A program made the position numbers and the translations under genes. Shown one piece after another: positions 29,801 to 37,665 of a stretch of 52,836 bases of DNA (position 1 is its first letter; every line of letters starts with the position of its first letter). A model generated the notes under the pieces. That model saw only the letters and a list, made by a program, of their open reading frames with translations, ran no database searches and was not told the DNA's origin. The DNA is from a virus (taxonomy: Duplodnaviria; Caudoviricetes). Where the stretch lies: IMG/VR virus record IMGVR_UViG_3300040770_000629, positions 1 through 52,836 of that record. The stretch is one strand, 5' to 3'.

Positions 29801-31163
29801 TGATACTGAAACCAAACCTATTATCCCGTCCATCAAAGGCACTGACCAGTCTATGAAGACTCAGTCCAATCAGATGGCAACCTATGACGGCATGGGTAAT
29901 GTGACAGGGTATTCATCAGATGTTGAGTCTGACCCTAAAACAGAACCACAAACAAAAACTAAGTCTCAGATCTACGGATCAGCACCTAACACACGCGGTG
30001 GTGGAGCAGCTGTAGACACAGGTAACAAAATGCCTGGACTCAGAGAAGTTACACCATCGTCAGGTGGTAAATACGATACCATGCCAGTGCCTAAAGGTGC
30101 GGGATGGGCTAACAACAAAGATCTTATCTTAGCTGCTGCGGCTGCTACTGGAACAGATCCTAAACTGATGGCGACCATTGGTGCTATTGAGTCAGGATTT
30201 GACCCTAGTGTAAAAGCACGCACAAGCAGTGCTTCTGGCTTAAACCAGTTCATTGAAAGTACGTGGCAAGAGCAGTTGAAAAAGAATGGTGCTAAATACG
30301 GTATTCCTGCTAATGCATCTCCATTTGATGCACGTGCAAACGCTCTGTTAGGCGGTGAATATCTCAAAGAAAATATCAAGTCCTTAAGCGGTGTCAAACA
30401 AGACATCACAGGAACAGATGCTTACCTGGCTCACTTCTTAGGAGCAGGTGGTGCTAAGACATTCTTGTCAGCAGACCCAAGTGCCATCGGTGCACAGATT
30501 CTTCCTGCTGCTGCAAAAGCAAACTACAACATCTTCTACGATGGTGGTAGAGCGCGTACTGTTTCTGAGATCTACAGCTTGATGGGTAGCAAGGTTCAAA
30601 ACAAGCTTTCACAAGCTGGTGTTGATTCGAGCTACTTCCCAAGCACAAATGGATTGCAAACTAAAAATACAACCACTACTGGTCTGTCAGTTAGAACACC
30701 CACTAAAGGGCTGAGTACTACAACTGCAGCAGCTAGTACAGGTGGGTATGACTTCTCAACAGGCTCTGTTGATCCAATGGGTGGTATGTCAGGAGTTACA
30801 GCTTCAAGACCTACTCCTAAGATTGCAGATGTTGTCAATTCCAAAATGGACATTGGCGGCTTTAACATGCAAAGTACACCGACGACTCCTCAGAACACCA
30901 AGCAGGACATGACAACTGCTATGGGGGATGTTGGCAATACCCTTATCAAGTCACTGAATGTTCAGACGCAGATGCTCGCAGCATTACAGATGATCGTTCA
31001 GATGAATGGAACCATTAACCAATCTACACCTGCTAAACCACAGGTTCAGGTTGTTGACACAACAGTGAACAGCGAAACCAATGTTTCTAAACAAACAGCG
31101 GCTACACCGTTCAAAGGAGCTGTCAATAGAATGAATGTACCTGTTCCCATGAACAGGGTTTAA
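23844..31163 (+). CDS. tape-measure-like tail protein with M15-type peptidase and lytic transglycosylase domains (phiKZ gp181-like)
   Basis: 2439 aa; Ala/Gly-rich hydrophobic core; SGFRT...PGSSMHEYGLAVD...EPWH; AIESGFDP...ASGLNQFIESTW...YLAHFLG. Confidence 0.88.
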   Translation: MAKKEDLRSNAPPLDDYSDMDFDFDAPPPKDDRKPVTKVAYGAMAGARDTLKDKAFIRSTIKSVLPEGYGMAMDLQQEASAKARQLYNNAAREIKPSIASMTSAAEKLLPAGATKLKAKLGEINKWADEKPKTFSENSKEDQRSAFLAESIRDTFKFQMEQDAKSGARVESRERLQEGLAYIRHKDNFSLLNKINIGINRLSQYQDKVTSAYQRKSLELQYRTLYANLDSLEESRKFNKYSAETLASIAKNTGLPDYVKLTTSERIGEVMRNKLMDKVSDSLFGGRGNIVGKMGDQIERVLKEKISSFVTGMSMPTEIMEAAGQAKEMTGEGGADGYVMSGQAIGQMLMQQMSDKLGPKMTKYLPKSVLGKGEKIKGIVKNAPQLLDQYKNSGKGNFDTGIKGILARFAKELIPGMGIESGLEKDTIGSLNKPYIYTKQTHKSINEVIPGYLARIFRELQVIRTGDDKTPLTVFDNKSSKFVSKGQGNKNIFDSIVSKSGMESTKIQMTNLLKMIDPQEKMSPEARKAFMDKTLKDNVKGKYGGASRTASEYTYSSDEGTAKYAKEIALAMQQYFKSDRNGKIGNDEASQARQNAFTDKQRELGGYIADSRAAIQNLINLGNYDQLEEIGLVKTSNDGSVSVDTERLAQYYAGDTYSQADDPLSSSKKSKSSGLGGSMSKQTSGRSRARPANVQPKRTVQQPRQMGQQSNNSEFIKQIMESNKESSDKSVDHLGKIQELIVEGNIAQEAYFSALIDTVKLSGGGGGAAQAGETGAGNNGNIFQGASINLKNFLGKTTKTVGKVFSMGHKVGMHGIKTGFKVLGAATSLAKGALNTATSMVEKLVEKRSLYMPGEEEPRLSHALLKAGKYFDQKTKKVIKNLYDIKGTVVDENGEIVITKEELKTSYVRTKRGSAILKLGSTLFNFTKGAITNGFGMIPPIFRTGIEIAKSSLNFVKNLLDQPQDIYIAGLEFPVILARSMRGGGYRLKSDRTVVSRPSQITGAVMDQEGNIVITDEDLRRGLFDKNGQPIRSPLGKIINFGKNVLMAGVRAVGYAARSGLNVAKKGLSLASKATGIGARFIGGGLGSFGGGSAGSVGGDKAVSLLEQIYRVLDMRLPPLGNRKGSWKDMDRAGGRKATRAADAAAAKAKAEEAKKSGSSGGRSFLDRFIDNKTDGTNKPAGTPDATGKKKGFFSRLKGGKAGMIAGLLGAIGLDALLGSEEGSIGSTIGKVVDVGSTVATVGGLAGLGASTTVAASTAAAGAATATAATAGVAGTAVAGAGIGSTILAGLGGLGTAIAAIAGSPVVLGGLALAAVGTGLYYGYKYFNKKTTHLTKLRAAQYGFMPINPEGASKAFELEDMLKKDVYYEQGRANVNMKKFDYEKAFKLFSVDAKKGQEAQRWAEWFKTRFKPVFLTHLTALLAVDKKMQLADVAELKPEDKVRYLDMCRFKEGPYGYTTSPIPGDSVRMADASDVESVYQKAKEEIDAEGKDKENARTGKSAVEAISYDNMGNPISGGDSRDNKNANVDAVRNGKQISQDLSRDNATGSVRPKSVVTIAGAASAPVFTSKLDTLEGVRMRTYGLTTMESDKVQALRKLENLILKSVQYDGSGKAIYKGDSIDVLVAGGLYFGVSTESAQAKTWNTWYQTRFLPVFLTYAGLIRQLAGSPIKSGITPSLTGTQALSIATQISSIDGIWSIKDSPWANYSLGLDQAIVKELIESLRTIAKQEKIAEAAIVKEQPRGNNPSSFVATSSEVNDVNKQLQNRNRDPAQQGSSDAESKDLDKQGTAAPGANVPSGATSGLALAGGAVSDGRNASRYLQFVNGSTLTGLNPEMHKNLMALVDEYGTTTGKTTFINSGFRTYAQQLKEYIAKKGVGVAKPGSSMHEYGLAVDIPSRILNHMDSLGLLRKYGFTRPVANEPWHLEPAGIQMDINGLRQNQNAAAQAIAAGVGKGGGGYGTLTGITGHGRNGEVAKQVLEASVSAKSDTETKPIIPSIKGTDQSMKTQSNQMATYDGMGNVTGYSSDVESDPKTEPQTKTKSQIYGSAPNTRGGGAAVDTGNKMPGLREVTPSSGGKYDTMPVPKGAGWANNKDLILAAAAATGTDPKLMATIGAIESGFDPSVKARTSSASGLNQFIESTWQEQLKKNGAKYGIPANASPFDARANALLGGEYLKENIKSLSGVKQDITGTDAYLAHFLGAGGAKTFLSADPSAIGAQILPAAAKANYNIFYDGGRARTVSEIYSLMGSKVQNKLSQAGVDSSYFPSTNGLQTKNTTTTGLSVRTPTKGLSTTTAAASTGGYDFSTGSVDPMGGMSGVTASRPTPKIADVVNSKMDIGGFNMQSTPTTPQNTKQDMTTAMGDVGNTLIKSLNVQTQMLAALQMIVQMNGTINQSTPAKPQVQVVDTTVNSETNVSKQTAATPFKGAVNRMNVPVPMNRV

Positions 31164-31169
31164 AAAGTG

Positions 31170-31227
31170 ATAAAAGCTAAACTTGTTCTTATAACGCTTA
31201 AGTTATGAGGCAAGTTTAGTCTTTTAT
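31170..31227 (+). terminator. intergenic stem-loop with T-tract
   Basis: ATAAAAG-CTAAACTTG ... CAAGTTTAG-T-CTTTTAT followed by TTTTTT. Confidence 0.65.
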
Positions 31228-31267
31228 TTTTTTGTTTTATATCTTTTTCCCTCAAGGAACAACGACG

Positions 31268-33271
31268 ATGTCGACATACGCAACATCGGCTGCAGGGCCG
31301 GATACCGTTGTTAATAACAACAACACATTTTCAGCAAGATCGATTTTAGCAGGCACAGATCCACAGTCTAACATCTTAGATTCCACCTGGGCCAAGCAAG
31401 CTTTCCTAGTCAATCAAAACGACTTAGATCCAGTTGATGTACAAAACAGAGGCTACTCAACAGCCGTTCTGAAATTCACAGATACCACACTGGGTGGTAA
31501 CTACGCCGTCAATGCGAAACCACAGTTTACTCGTTATGCTGACCCTAGAGCACAAGGTCGCAAGCAAGGCAGAAACGAAACACGTATTGGATCGATCAAT
31601 GGTAACTTGGGTATGGGTCGCTATTACTCAGAGGCCATTGATGACAATGCTCAGCTCATCCATATGCGTTTTGGTGTAGCCCAGTTTAATTCACTGACTA
31701 CTTTCTTTACTGGTTTTTACAATCAGTCAGCAGGACGGCTCGCTAGAACAGGTCGCAGTGGTAAAGGGTTCTTCTTTGGTGTCGGTGAGACTTTGGGTAT
31801 CATTGCACAGATCGTTGTCTGGCCTTTGATTGCAGTACAAGCTTTTGGTCGTGTGGCTAGATTCTTTTTGCAAAAACCAACGAGTAAATACTACTACCTC
31901 AAACCAGCGATGTTTGTTTATTGGGCATCTGTAAACTCCATGGTCAACAAGATTGCTGTGGGTCGAGGATTGTTTCCAGTGCGTTTTGCAGACGAAGGAA
32001 CACAGAGCGTTGGACAGTCTTACAAAATCGATCAGGAAGGCCTTGAGAACCTCCACAGACTGATGCCTGATGTATTCAGTGCTGATGGTGGCTACGACAT
32101 CTACGCAGTCGCTAACAAAGCACAGCGTTTAAAGATCTACAACGATCAGCGAATCTTTGAAAACTTTAACAATGAGTCTGATTCGGATTTCTTTAGTTTC
32201 GTCAAAGGTGAGTCAGCAACAAAAGTTATTAATCCACCCGGTGAACATACACTTAGAAATGCTTTCCAAAACTTCTTAAAGTCTTCTTCTAATCTTCCTT
32301 CTACGAATGATGGTGCAGAGCAAGACATTAAGAACACACCTGATAAAGAAGGGTATTTTGATTACCTCAAAGCTGAACTTGATGATGGTGGTGCATTCGT
32401 TACCATGCGAGTAGACTACACAGGTCCTGTTCAAGAAAGCTTTGCTAACTCTAAACGACCTTCTGATATCTCAGGCAAAGTCAATAGCATCATGAGTCAA
32501 CGACGCTCATCGAACTATAGCTTTGCAGGTGGTAACATTGATGACAGTGTGATCGGTAAGACTGTGGGTGGTATCTTAGGGGCTGCTGGTAACGTGGTAG
32601 CTGGTGCATTGGACTCGTTGAGCTTTGGTGGACTTGTGTCTTTGGCAGGTGGTGCATTTGTGGACTTTCCAGATCACTGGGAAAGCTCTCAAGCTACTCT
32701 TCCAAGGTCAAGCTACACCATGCAACTCGTTAGTCCTTACGGCAACGTCGTGTCTCAGATGCAAAACATCTACATTCCTTTGTGCATGTTGTTGGCTATG
32801 GCGTTACCACTGTCTACAGGTCGTCAGTCCTACACCAGTCCTTTCTTGCTTGAACTCTACGACAAGGGTCGTCATCAAACCAGACTAGGTATGGTGGATG
32901 CATTGAGTATCACTCGTGGTACAACCAACTTGGGTTTTAACAAGTCGGGTCACGCCATGGGTGTCGATGTCACGTTCTCTGTGGTAGACATGTCTTCTGT
33001 CATGCACATGCAGATGTCTAAGGGTCTGGACTTTGTTGGTGGTGACGATGGTGTGTTTGACGATGAAACAGTTTTCTCAGACTACATGAACACGTTGAGT
33101 TCATTGGGTTTGCATGAGCAGTTTCACGTGATTCCTAAACTCAGACTGGCTCTGGCAAGAAAGCAAAGAGCGTTAGAGTCTCTGACCAGTCCAGCTGCTT
33201 GGGCAGCGTTCACTAAGAATGAAACCCCTATCGGAATGCTTGAAGTATTCTTTAAGGGTACTGCTAGATAA
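31268..33271 (+). CDS. virion structural protein, probable baseplate hub (phiKZ gp182-like)
   Basis: ATG 31268 with AAGGA RBS; KFTDTTLGGN, GMGRYYSEAIDD; follows the gp181-like gene. Confidence 0.75.
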   Translation: MSTYATSAAGPDTVVNNNNTFSARSILAGTDPQSNILDSTWAKQAFLVNQNDLDPVDVQNRGYSTAVLKFTDTTLGGNYAVNAKPQFTRYADPRAQGRKQGRNETRIGSINGNLGMGRYYSEAIDDNAQLIHMRFGVAQFNSLTTFFTGFYNQSAGRLARTGRSGKGFFFGVGETLGIIAQIVVWPLIAVQAFGRVARFFLQKPTSKYYYLKPAMFVYWASVNSMVNKIAVGRGLFPVRFADEGTQSVGQSYKIDQEGLENLHRLMPDVFSADGGYDIYAVANKAQRLKIYNDQRIFENFNNESDSDFFSFVKGESATKVINPPGEHTLRNAFQNFLKSSSNLPSTNDGAEQDIKNTPDKEGYFDYLKAELDDGGAFVTMRVDYTGPVQESFANSKRPSDISGKVNSIMSQRRSSNYSFAGGNIDDSVIGKTVGGILGAAGNVVAGALDSLSFGGLVSLAGGAFVDFPDHWESSQATLPRSSYTMQLVSPYGNVVSQMQNIYIPLCMLLAMALPLSTGRQSYTSPFLLELYDKGRHQTRLGMVDALSITRGTTNLGFNKSGHAMGVDVTFSVVDMSSVMHMQMSKGLDFVGGDDGVFDDETVFSDYMNTLSSLGLHEQFHVIPKLRLALARKQRALESLTSPAAWAAFTKNETPIGMLEVFFKGTAR

Positions 33272-33283
33272 AAAAAAATGAAA

Positions 33284-33339
33284 ACATACCCCCTACTACT
33301 GAAAGGCCTTCAAAAGCTTTTCAGTAGTAGGGTTTATGC
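33284..33339. terminator. stem-loop at convergent junction
   Basis: ACATA..CCCTACTACTGAAA ... TTTCAGTAGTAGGG..TATGC, 14-bp perfect stem. Confidence 0.75.
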
Positions 33340-33343
33340 TCTC

Positions 33344-34432
33344 TTATTCAACAGCGTAATTAACAAACCTTGGATTGGTTGTGACCATCACACGGGGAAC
33401 AAGTTCTTTTAGTTGAGCGTTAACATCAACAGGAACATATTTGCTCATTGCTAACAAGAACTGGCTGTCCATGGCTTCAGCTGTAGCTCTTGTGAAAGGA
33501 CCTACAGCGTTTTCAGGTGTTGGAATCACTGGAGGCTCTGACATCACACCTGACTTCAACAACTTGATGAAACTAGGAGCACCAGCGATTGCTAGACCTG
33601 CTAAGATTGTTGCACCACTTGGCTTTTTGTATTTGTTCCAGGTTGGATTGACACCTCTAAAAGAAGTATTGACAGTGTTGTAGTAAGGACCCGACTGTCT
33701 TTGATCCATCCCTGCAGGCATCCTGAATGTCTTGATCATGGCATTGATGATACCAGGGTTGATTCCTTTGATCTGTTTGCCAATTGTCGAGCTTGCTATA
33801 TCCAAAAACAAATTCATGTCGCCTTTAGAAGATGCAAACGGTAAAAGCTGTCCAGCAGCTGATGCCAAGATCTTATCATCAGCAACATACGTTGCAAGGG
33901 TGCTAAAGACCTTTGGGAGCCCTAATTCAGCGCCTTGCCTAGTCAGGTTAGTCACTAAGCTTGTAATGCCACCAAAGTCCTTAAAAGAGCCCGTGTAAGC
34001 TTTGTTGGTAAACTCATTGACTAAGCCACCAATTGCTTTAGCGTCATTGAAGCCGTCAATCTTGATATCAGACTGCAAACCTTTGAATGTTGCTGTTATT
34101 TTGTCTTGTAAATTACCAGTCAGACCCAAGCTGTTTTTGGCTGCACTGCTCAAGTCCGAGTAAAGACTCTTTAGAGAAACATTACCACCGAATAGTCTTG
34201 AAGATATTTGGTCAAGACTTTTGCTTTTATTGAGTAACTTCAGGACTGGAATAAGTTTAGAACCCTTCCCAGAAAGAAGTGAGTTCAGAGAATTTACGTC
34301 AAAGGACAAGTTCTCCAATACCTGAATGCTGTTGACAGGTGTTGAGTCAGATTTCTTGTAAACGTCAATGGTTGCCAGTTTGTCGTCTGGTCCCGAAAGG
34401 AATGTTGTTTTTGCTAAGTTGATCAAACTCAT
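33344..34432 (-). CDS. probable virion structural protein
   Basis: 362 aa, GAGG RBS; N-terminal F.SGPDD.LATIDVY resembles phiKZ-family tail proteins. Confidence 0.55.
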   Translation of the reverse strand: MSLINLAKTTFLSGPDDKLATIDVYKKSDSTPVNSIQVLENLSFDVNSLNSLLSGKGSKLIPVLKLLNKSKSLDQISSRLFGGNVSLKSLYSDLSSAAKNSLGLTGNLQDKITATFKGLQSDIKIDGFNDAKAIGGLVNEFTNKAYTGSFKDFGGITSLVTNLTRQGAELGLPKVFSTLATYVADDKILASAAGQLLPFASSKGDMNLFLDIASSTIGKQIKGINPGIINAMIKTFRMPAGMDQRQSGPYYNTVNTSFRGVNPTWNKYKKPSGATILAGLAIAGAPSFIKLLKSGVMSEPPVIPTPENAVGPFTRATAEAMDSQFLLAMSKYVPVDVNAQLKELVPRVMVTTNPRFVNYAVE

Positions 34433-34469
34433 GGTAAAAACCTCTTAAGAGCAAAAAAAAAATAAGTGC

Positions 34470-34512
34470 ACTGATTACCTGCAAGAGAATGAACTCTCTG
34501 CAGGTAATCAGT
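34470..34512 (-). terminator. intergenic stem-loop
   Basis: 14-bp arms ACTGATTACCTGCA / TGCAGGTAATCAGT; poly-T follows on the minus strand. Confidence 0.7.
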
Positions 34513-34523
34513 ATTCACACTAT

Positions 34524-35387
34524 TTATAAACTTTGATTAACAGGAATGTTCTCTTTGTGGTGTTCTATTTCAGCACACACTTGAGCAACTTGTTCACCTT
34601 TGACTTCTTCAACAGGTAGTTGTACAGAAGTGATCATCGGTGGTTCGGGCAGCGTTCTGGCAGAAGGGTTCTCCAATACAGGAGCCGACTTCTTAGCTTT
34701 AGCCTGTGGTTTAGGTGGCTCCCGACGCTTAGTAGGTTGGTACAGTTTTGCCAAGTGAGAGTTAAATCCACCTTCGCTCTTTTCTTTGAAACGAATGCTC
34801 GGCAACTCTTGTACCCATTCGTTATCATTGAGAAAGGTAAAGTCAGGCTCTCGCTTTTCAAACAACGCGTGTCTGATCTCTTCGAACGCAGGAATCAACC
34901 ATGCAGCATTGGATGTGCGAATACGGACATGGTGGTCTTTGTTCTCGTAGTAGTAGCAATCAAAAGGAACAGGCAGCTGACTGATCTCCAAAGCCAACTC
35001 TTCGTAAGCCTTAATTTTCTGCCAGTGAGCATCAGCGATGATACGGCGAAAATCAACGACACGAACGGAGTCCAAAGTCTTGCCAAAAGTACGCGCATTA
35101 AAGCCGCTCAAATGACGCAAGTTATCGTCTTTGCTGACACTCTTGATGTAGTACCAAAAGCCTTCCATGGAATCGAACTTACCATAGATGCTGTGCTTAA
35201 AAGGCATACAGGTAAAGCTGGAGAGTACGCGACCTAAGTTAGTGTCTGCAAATTCCCAGATGTTGATGTGCTCTGTACCGTCTCTGCCGATAGACACGAG
35301 CGATGGTAGATTTGATCTTTTGTTCTTGGGCAGCATGTGTGAAACACCTTGAAGTTGTTCACTGAGGGAGTTTCGTTGAGATTTCAT
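34524..35387 (-). CDS. NADAR/YbiA-like domain protein with low-complexity C-terminal tail
   Basis: HINI...LGRVLSSF...PF....GKFDSMEGFWYYIK...LRHLSG..AR..G pattern resembles phage NADAR (T4 gp30.3-like). Confidence 0.5.
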   Translation of the reverse strand: MKSQRNSLSEQLQGVSHMLPKNKRSNLPSLVSIGRDGTEHINIWEFADTNLGRVLSSFTCMPFKHSIYGKFDSMEGFWYYIKSVSKDDNLRHLSGFNARTFGKTLDSVRVVDFRRIIADAHWQKIKAYEELALEISQLPVPFDCYYYENKDHHVRIRTSNAAWLIPAFEEIRHALFEKREPDFTFLNDNEWVQELPSIRFKEKSEGGFNSHLAKLYQPTKRREPPKPQAKAKKSAPVLENPSARTLPEPPMITSVQLPVEEVKGEQVAQVCAEIEHHKENIPVNQSL

Positions 35388-35401
35388 TTTGTTTTATTTC
35401 C

Positions 35402-35995
35402 TTAAGTTGGCTGTTCAGCACTTTGCTTGAATCTGCCTGGGTTTGTTTTGGCACTCTGAATTGCTTTTGAATCAATTTGAGATTCAAAGAAAAATATATT
35501 GATCAACACAAGAGTGGTAAGCCATTTGTTGTTTGAGAGTGTTTTTTCAATTTCATCAGAATACAAACTCATGTTTTGTAGGTAAACTTTTGGTATTAAG
35601 CAAAAGCTGTTGTCAAGATCTTTTTCTTCTTGAAAGCTAGAAATACAATCAGCCAGATACTTGACCAAATCAAACCCAAAGCTGTTTTTGTAACCGATGC
35701 GATGAGAAAGTTTATCTGTCAAGTTAAAGACAAAGTCACGAATGTCTTCATCTTCAAGAACAAGCTTGCCCATGATAGCCAAGTTGTTCTCAGTAAAGAA
35801 AACATGAAGCTTTCTTTGCACTGAAAGGTTCAAACAAAACAGTGCAATCTTGGGTTGTTCCTTTTCAGTAAGTTTTGAGAACTCTGTGGCAAAAGCTTTT
35901 TCAAACTGTTCAGACAGAACTTCAAAAATGTTTACTTGAGTGAGTAAACCAGAAAGTTCATTAGGGTGAGCGGTTAATTCATTTTGTTGATTCAT
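35402..35995 (-). CDS. hypothetical protein
   Basis: probable ATG at 35995 (MNQQNEL), overlapping the end of the upstream gene. Confidence 0.7.
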   Translation of the reverse strand: MNQQNELTAHPNELSGLLTQVNIFEVLSEQFEKAFATEFSKLTEKEQPKIALFCLNLSVQRKLHVFFTENNLAIMGKLVLEDEDIRDFVFNLTDKLSHRIGYKNSFGFDLVKYLADCISSFQEEKDLDNSFCLIPKVYLQNMSLYSDEIEKTLSNNKWLTTLVLINIFFFESQIDSKAIQSAKTNPGRFKQSAEQPT

Positions 35996-36473
35996 GTTCG
36001 GATTTCTCCATTTCTTGTTCACTGGCTTCGGGTTGCTCGCCAACGTTCAGTGCGTTGGGCAGTTCAATGCCTTCAGAATCGTCTTCTTCAGACTGAGGTC
36101 CAAGGATGATTGTCTTAGAGTGCACAGATACGTGTTTGACGTGATGAATTTTAATGATCAAATCAAACTTGATGTAGCCGATCAGACGCATACCTTTGCA
36201 AAATACTTTCCACGTCATCTTTGACTTATGGAGAAGTTCTTTGTTCAAATTGCCACGTTCAGAGGACTGCTCACGATTGTTAGACGGAATAGAGTTTCTT
36301 GGATCTTTGATGTAACGAGTCATCGAATCGTTCCATCTTTGAAAACCAACATTTGTCTCCTGCAAGATCATTGCAAAAAGTGCTGAGAGAATACTGTCAG
36401 AACCACCAGACTGATTAGCTCTTTGTTTGAGCCGGTTTGGTGAGAACACATTGTTTCTGTTGTTTGATGACAT
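35979..36473 (-). CDS. hypothetical protein
   Basis: 164 aa with RGNLNKEL...MTWKVFCKG segment and acidic tail. Confidence 0.75.
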   Translation of the reverse strand: MSSNNRNNVFSPNRLKQRANQSGGSDSILSALFAMILQETNVGFQRWNDSMTRYIKDPRNSIPSNNREQSSERGNLNKELLHKSKMTWKVFCKGMRLIGYIKFDLIIKIHHVKHVSVHSKTIILGPQSEEDDSEGIELPNALNVGEQPEASEQEMEKSEHESTK

Positions 36474-36491
36474 AGATATGCTTAATGGTTT

Positions 36492-36516
36492 ACTCTTTTT
36501 GTGAATGAAAAAGAGT
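36492..36516 (-). terminator. short AT-rich stem-loop
   Basis: ACTCTTTTT ... AAAAAGAGT. Confidence 0.35.
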
Positions 36517-36533
36517 GGGATGATTTATTTGAT

Positions 36534-37052
36534 TCAATCGGGCGAATCTTGCAATTGAAGTAAACTTTGTATTGTTTGCTCCAAGCGAGATGAAAAACCG
36601 CTTAAATATAAAGCGTTTCTGTTGTCGATTGGATCGGTACTGTTTCGGAGTTGATTAAAGAGTTCGAAATAGTCTTTAGTCCTTTCTTTGAAAACTTTCA
36701 CATAAGAAGCCTCATCAATGTAGTTACCTTTCTCAGAGAGAAAGAAAACGCTCACATCGATAGTTAGTAAGGGTTCAGCATATAAAGAACTATATATGGT
36801 TTTTTTACCTTTGATGTGGATACACAAGACTTTTAATTCGTCATTTATTTCCATCAAGCTTTTGAACTGAGACTTGACAGTTTTTAATGAATTAGCAGAT
36901 GAGTTAAATCCCTCAAACCCAGAAGGGTCTAATTCATCAATTTTTTCTTTGAGAATATCTAAGGTTGTTTTTTCCTTGACTAAAAAAGATTTGATAAATG
37001 TCAGTAAAGTGTCTATCTTACCGACGTACCAATGGTGAAATTTTAGCAGCAT
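36534..37052 (-). CDS. hypothetical protein
   Basis: 172-aa AT-rich ORF, first gene of a minus-strand run. Confidence 0.7.
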   Translation of the reverse strand: MLLKFHHWYVGKIDTLLTFIKSFLVKEKTTLDILKEKIDELDPSGFEGFNSSANSLKTVKSQFKSLMEINDELKVLCIHIKGKKTIYSSLYAEPLLTIDVSVFFLSEKGNYIDEASYVKVFKERTKDYFELFNQLRNSTDPIDNRNALYLSGFSSRLEQTIQSLLQLQDSPD

Positions 37053-37080
37053 TTAATGATCTCATTGTAATAGCTGTGAG

Positions 37081-37088
37081 GTAATATG
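37081..37088 (-). promoter_or_regulatory. candidate early-type promoter element CATATTAC
   Basis: one mismatch to the phiKZ early consensus TATATTAC, 28 nt upstream of the ATG at 37052; same 8-mer at 39241-39248. Confidence 0.4.
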
Positions 37089-37174
37089 TGGTTATTATTT
37101 TTTATCTTATGAAAAAGCCGTGTTAACAGCTAAAAAATAACCCACCAACAGTTTTGTATCCAAAGAAAGCAATT

Positions 37175-37609
37175 ATGTCAAACGCAAACATTGAACCTGA
37201 AGAACTCAGCCCTGAAGAACAAGTCCTTGCTTATACTCAGGGTAAAAGAAAAAAATTGGTCGAAGTCATGACCGAGAACAATACCATGCCTGCGGACAAA
37301 GGTGATAGGATGGTGCTTCTTGCAGCTCTGAGCGATATGGACAAAGTATCTCTGACAAAGATGAAAATCAAGTCAGAAGACAAAAATGCCATCCTCGCAG
37401 GTAAGTCTTCACAAGCAATTGCCGAGCTGCTCTCCAAGGTAGTGCCAAAACAGTTTCAACACAAGGCCATACCCGAGTCAGTGTTTCCTGTACTCAGTGA
37501 TGATCTGCCGCCTATTGAACTTGTTGATGGTGAAACAACACTGGGAACACAATCGGGGAACTACGAGTCTTTCAACAAGAAGTTTGAAGACAGCCAAGTC
37601 GGTAATTAA
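37175..37609 (+). CDS. hypothetical protein
   Basis: ATG at 37175 (MSNANIE); isolated plus-strand gene ending at a hairpin. Confidence 0.75.
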   Translation: MSNANIEPEELSPEEQVLAYTQGKRKKLVEVMTENNTMPADKGDRMVLLAALSDMDKVSLTKMKIKSEDKNAILAGKSSQAIAELLSKVVPKQFQHKAIPESVFPVLSDDLPPIELVDGETTLGTQSGNYESFNKKFEDSQVGN

Positions 37610-37618
37610 ATTTTTAGA

Positions 37619-37665
37619 GCATAACACTAGTAAGAGGTTCGCCCCCTTACTAGTGTTACTTATGC
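37619..37665. terminator. stem-loop at convergent junction
   Basis: GCA-TAACACTAGTAAG ... CTTACTAGTGTTA-C-TTATGC, 13-bp perfect stem. Confidence 0.75.

Noticed and set aside
34620-35237. 205-aa plus-strand ORF
   Set aside because: Antisense to the NADAR-like gene, non-ATG start, no motifs
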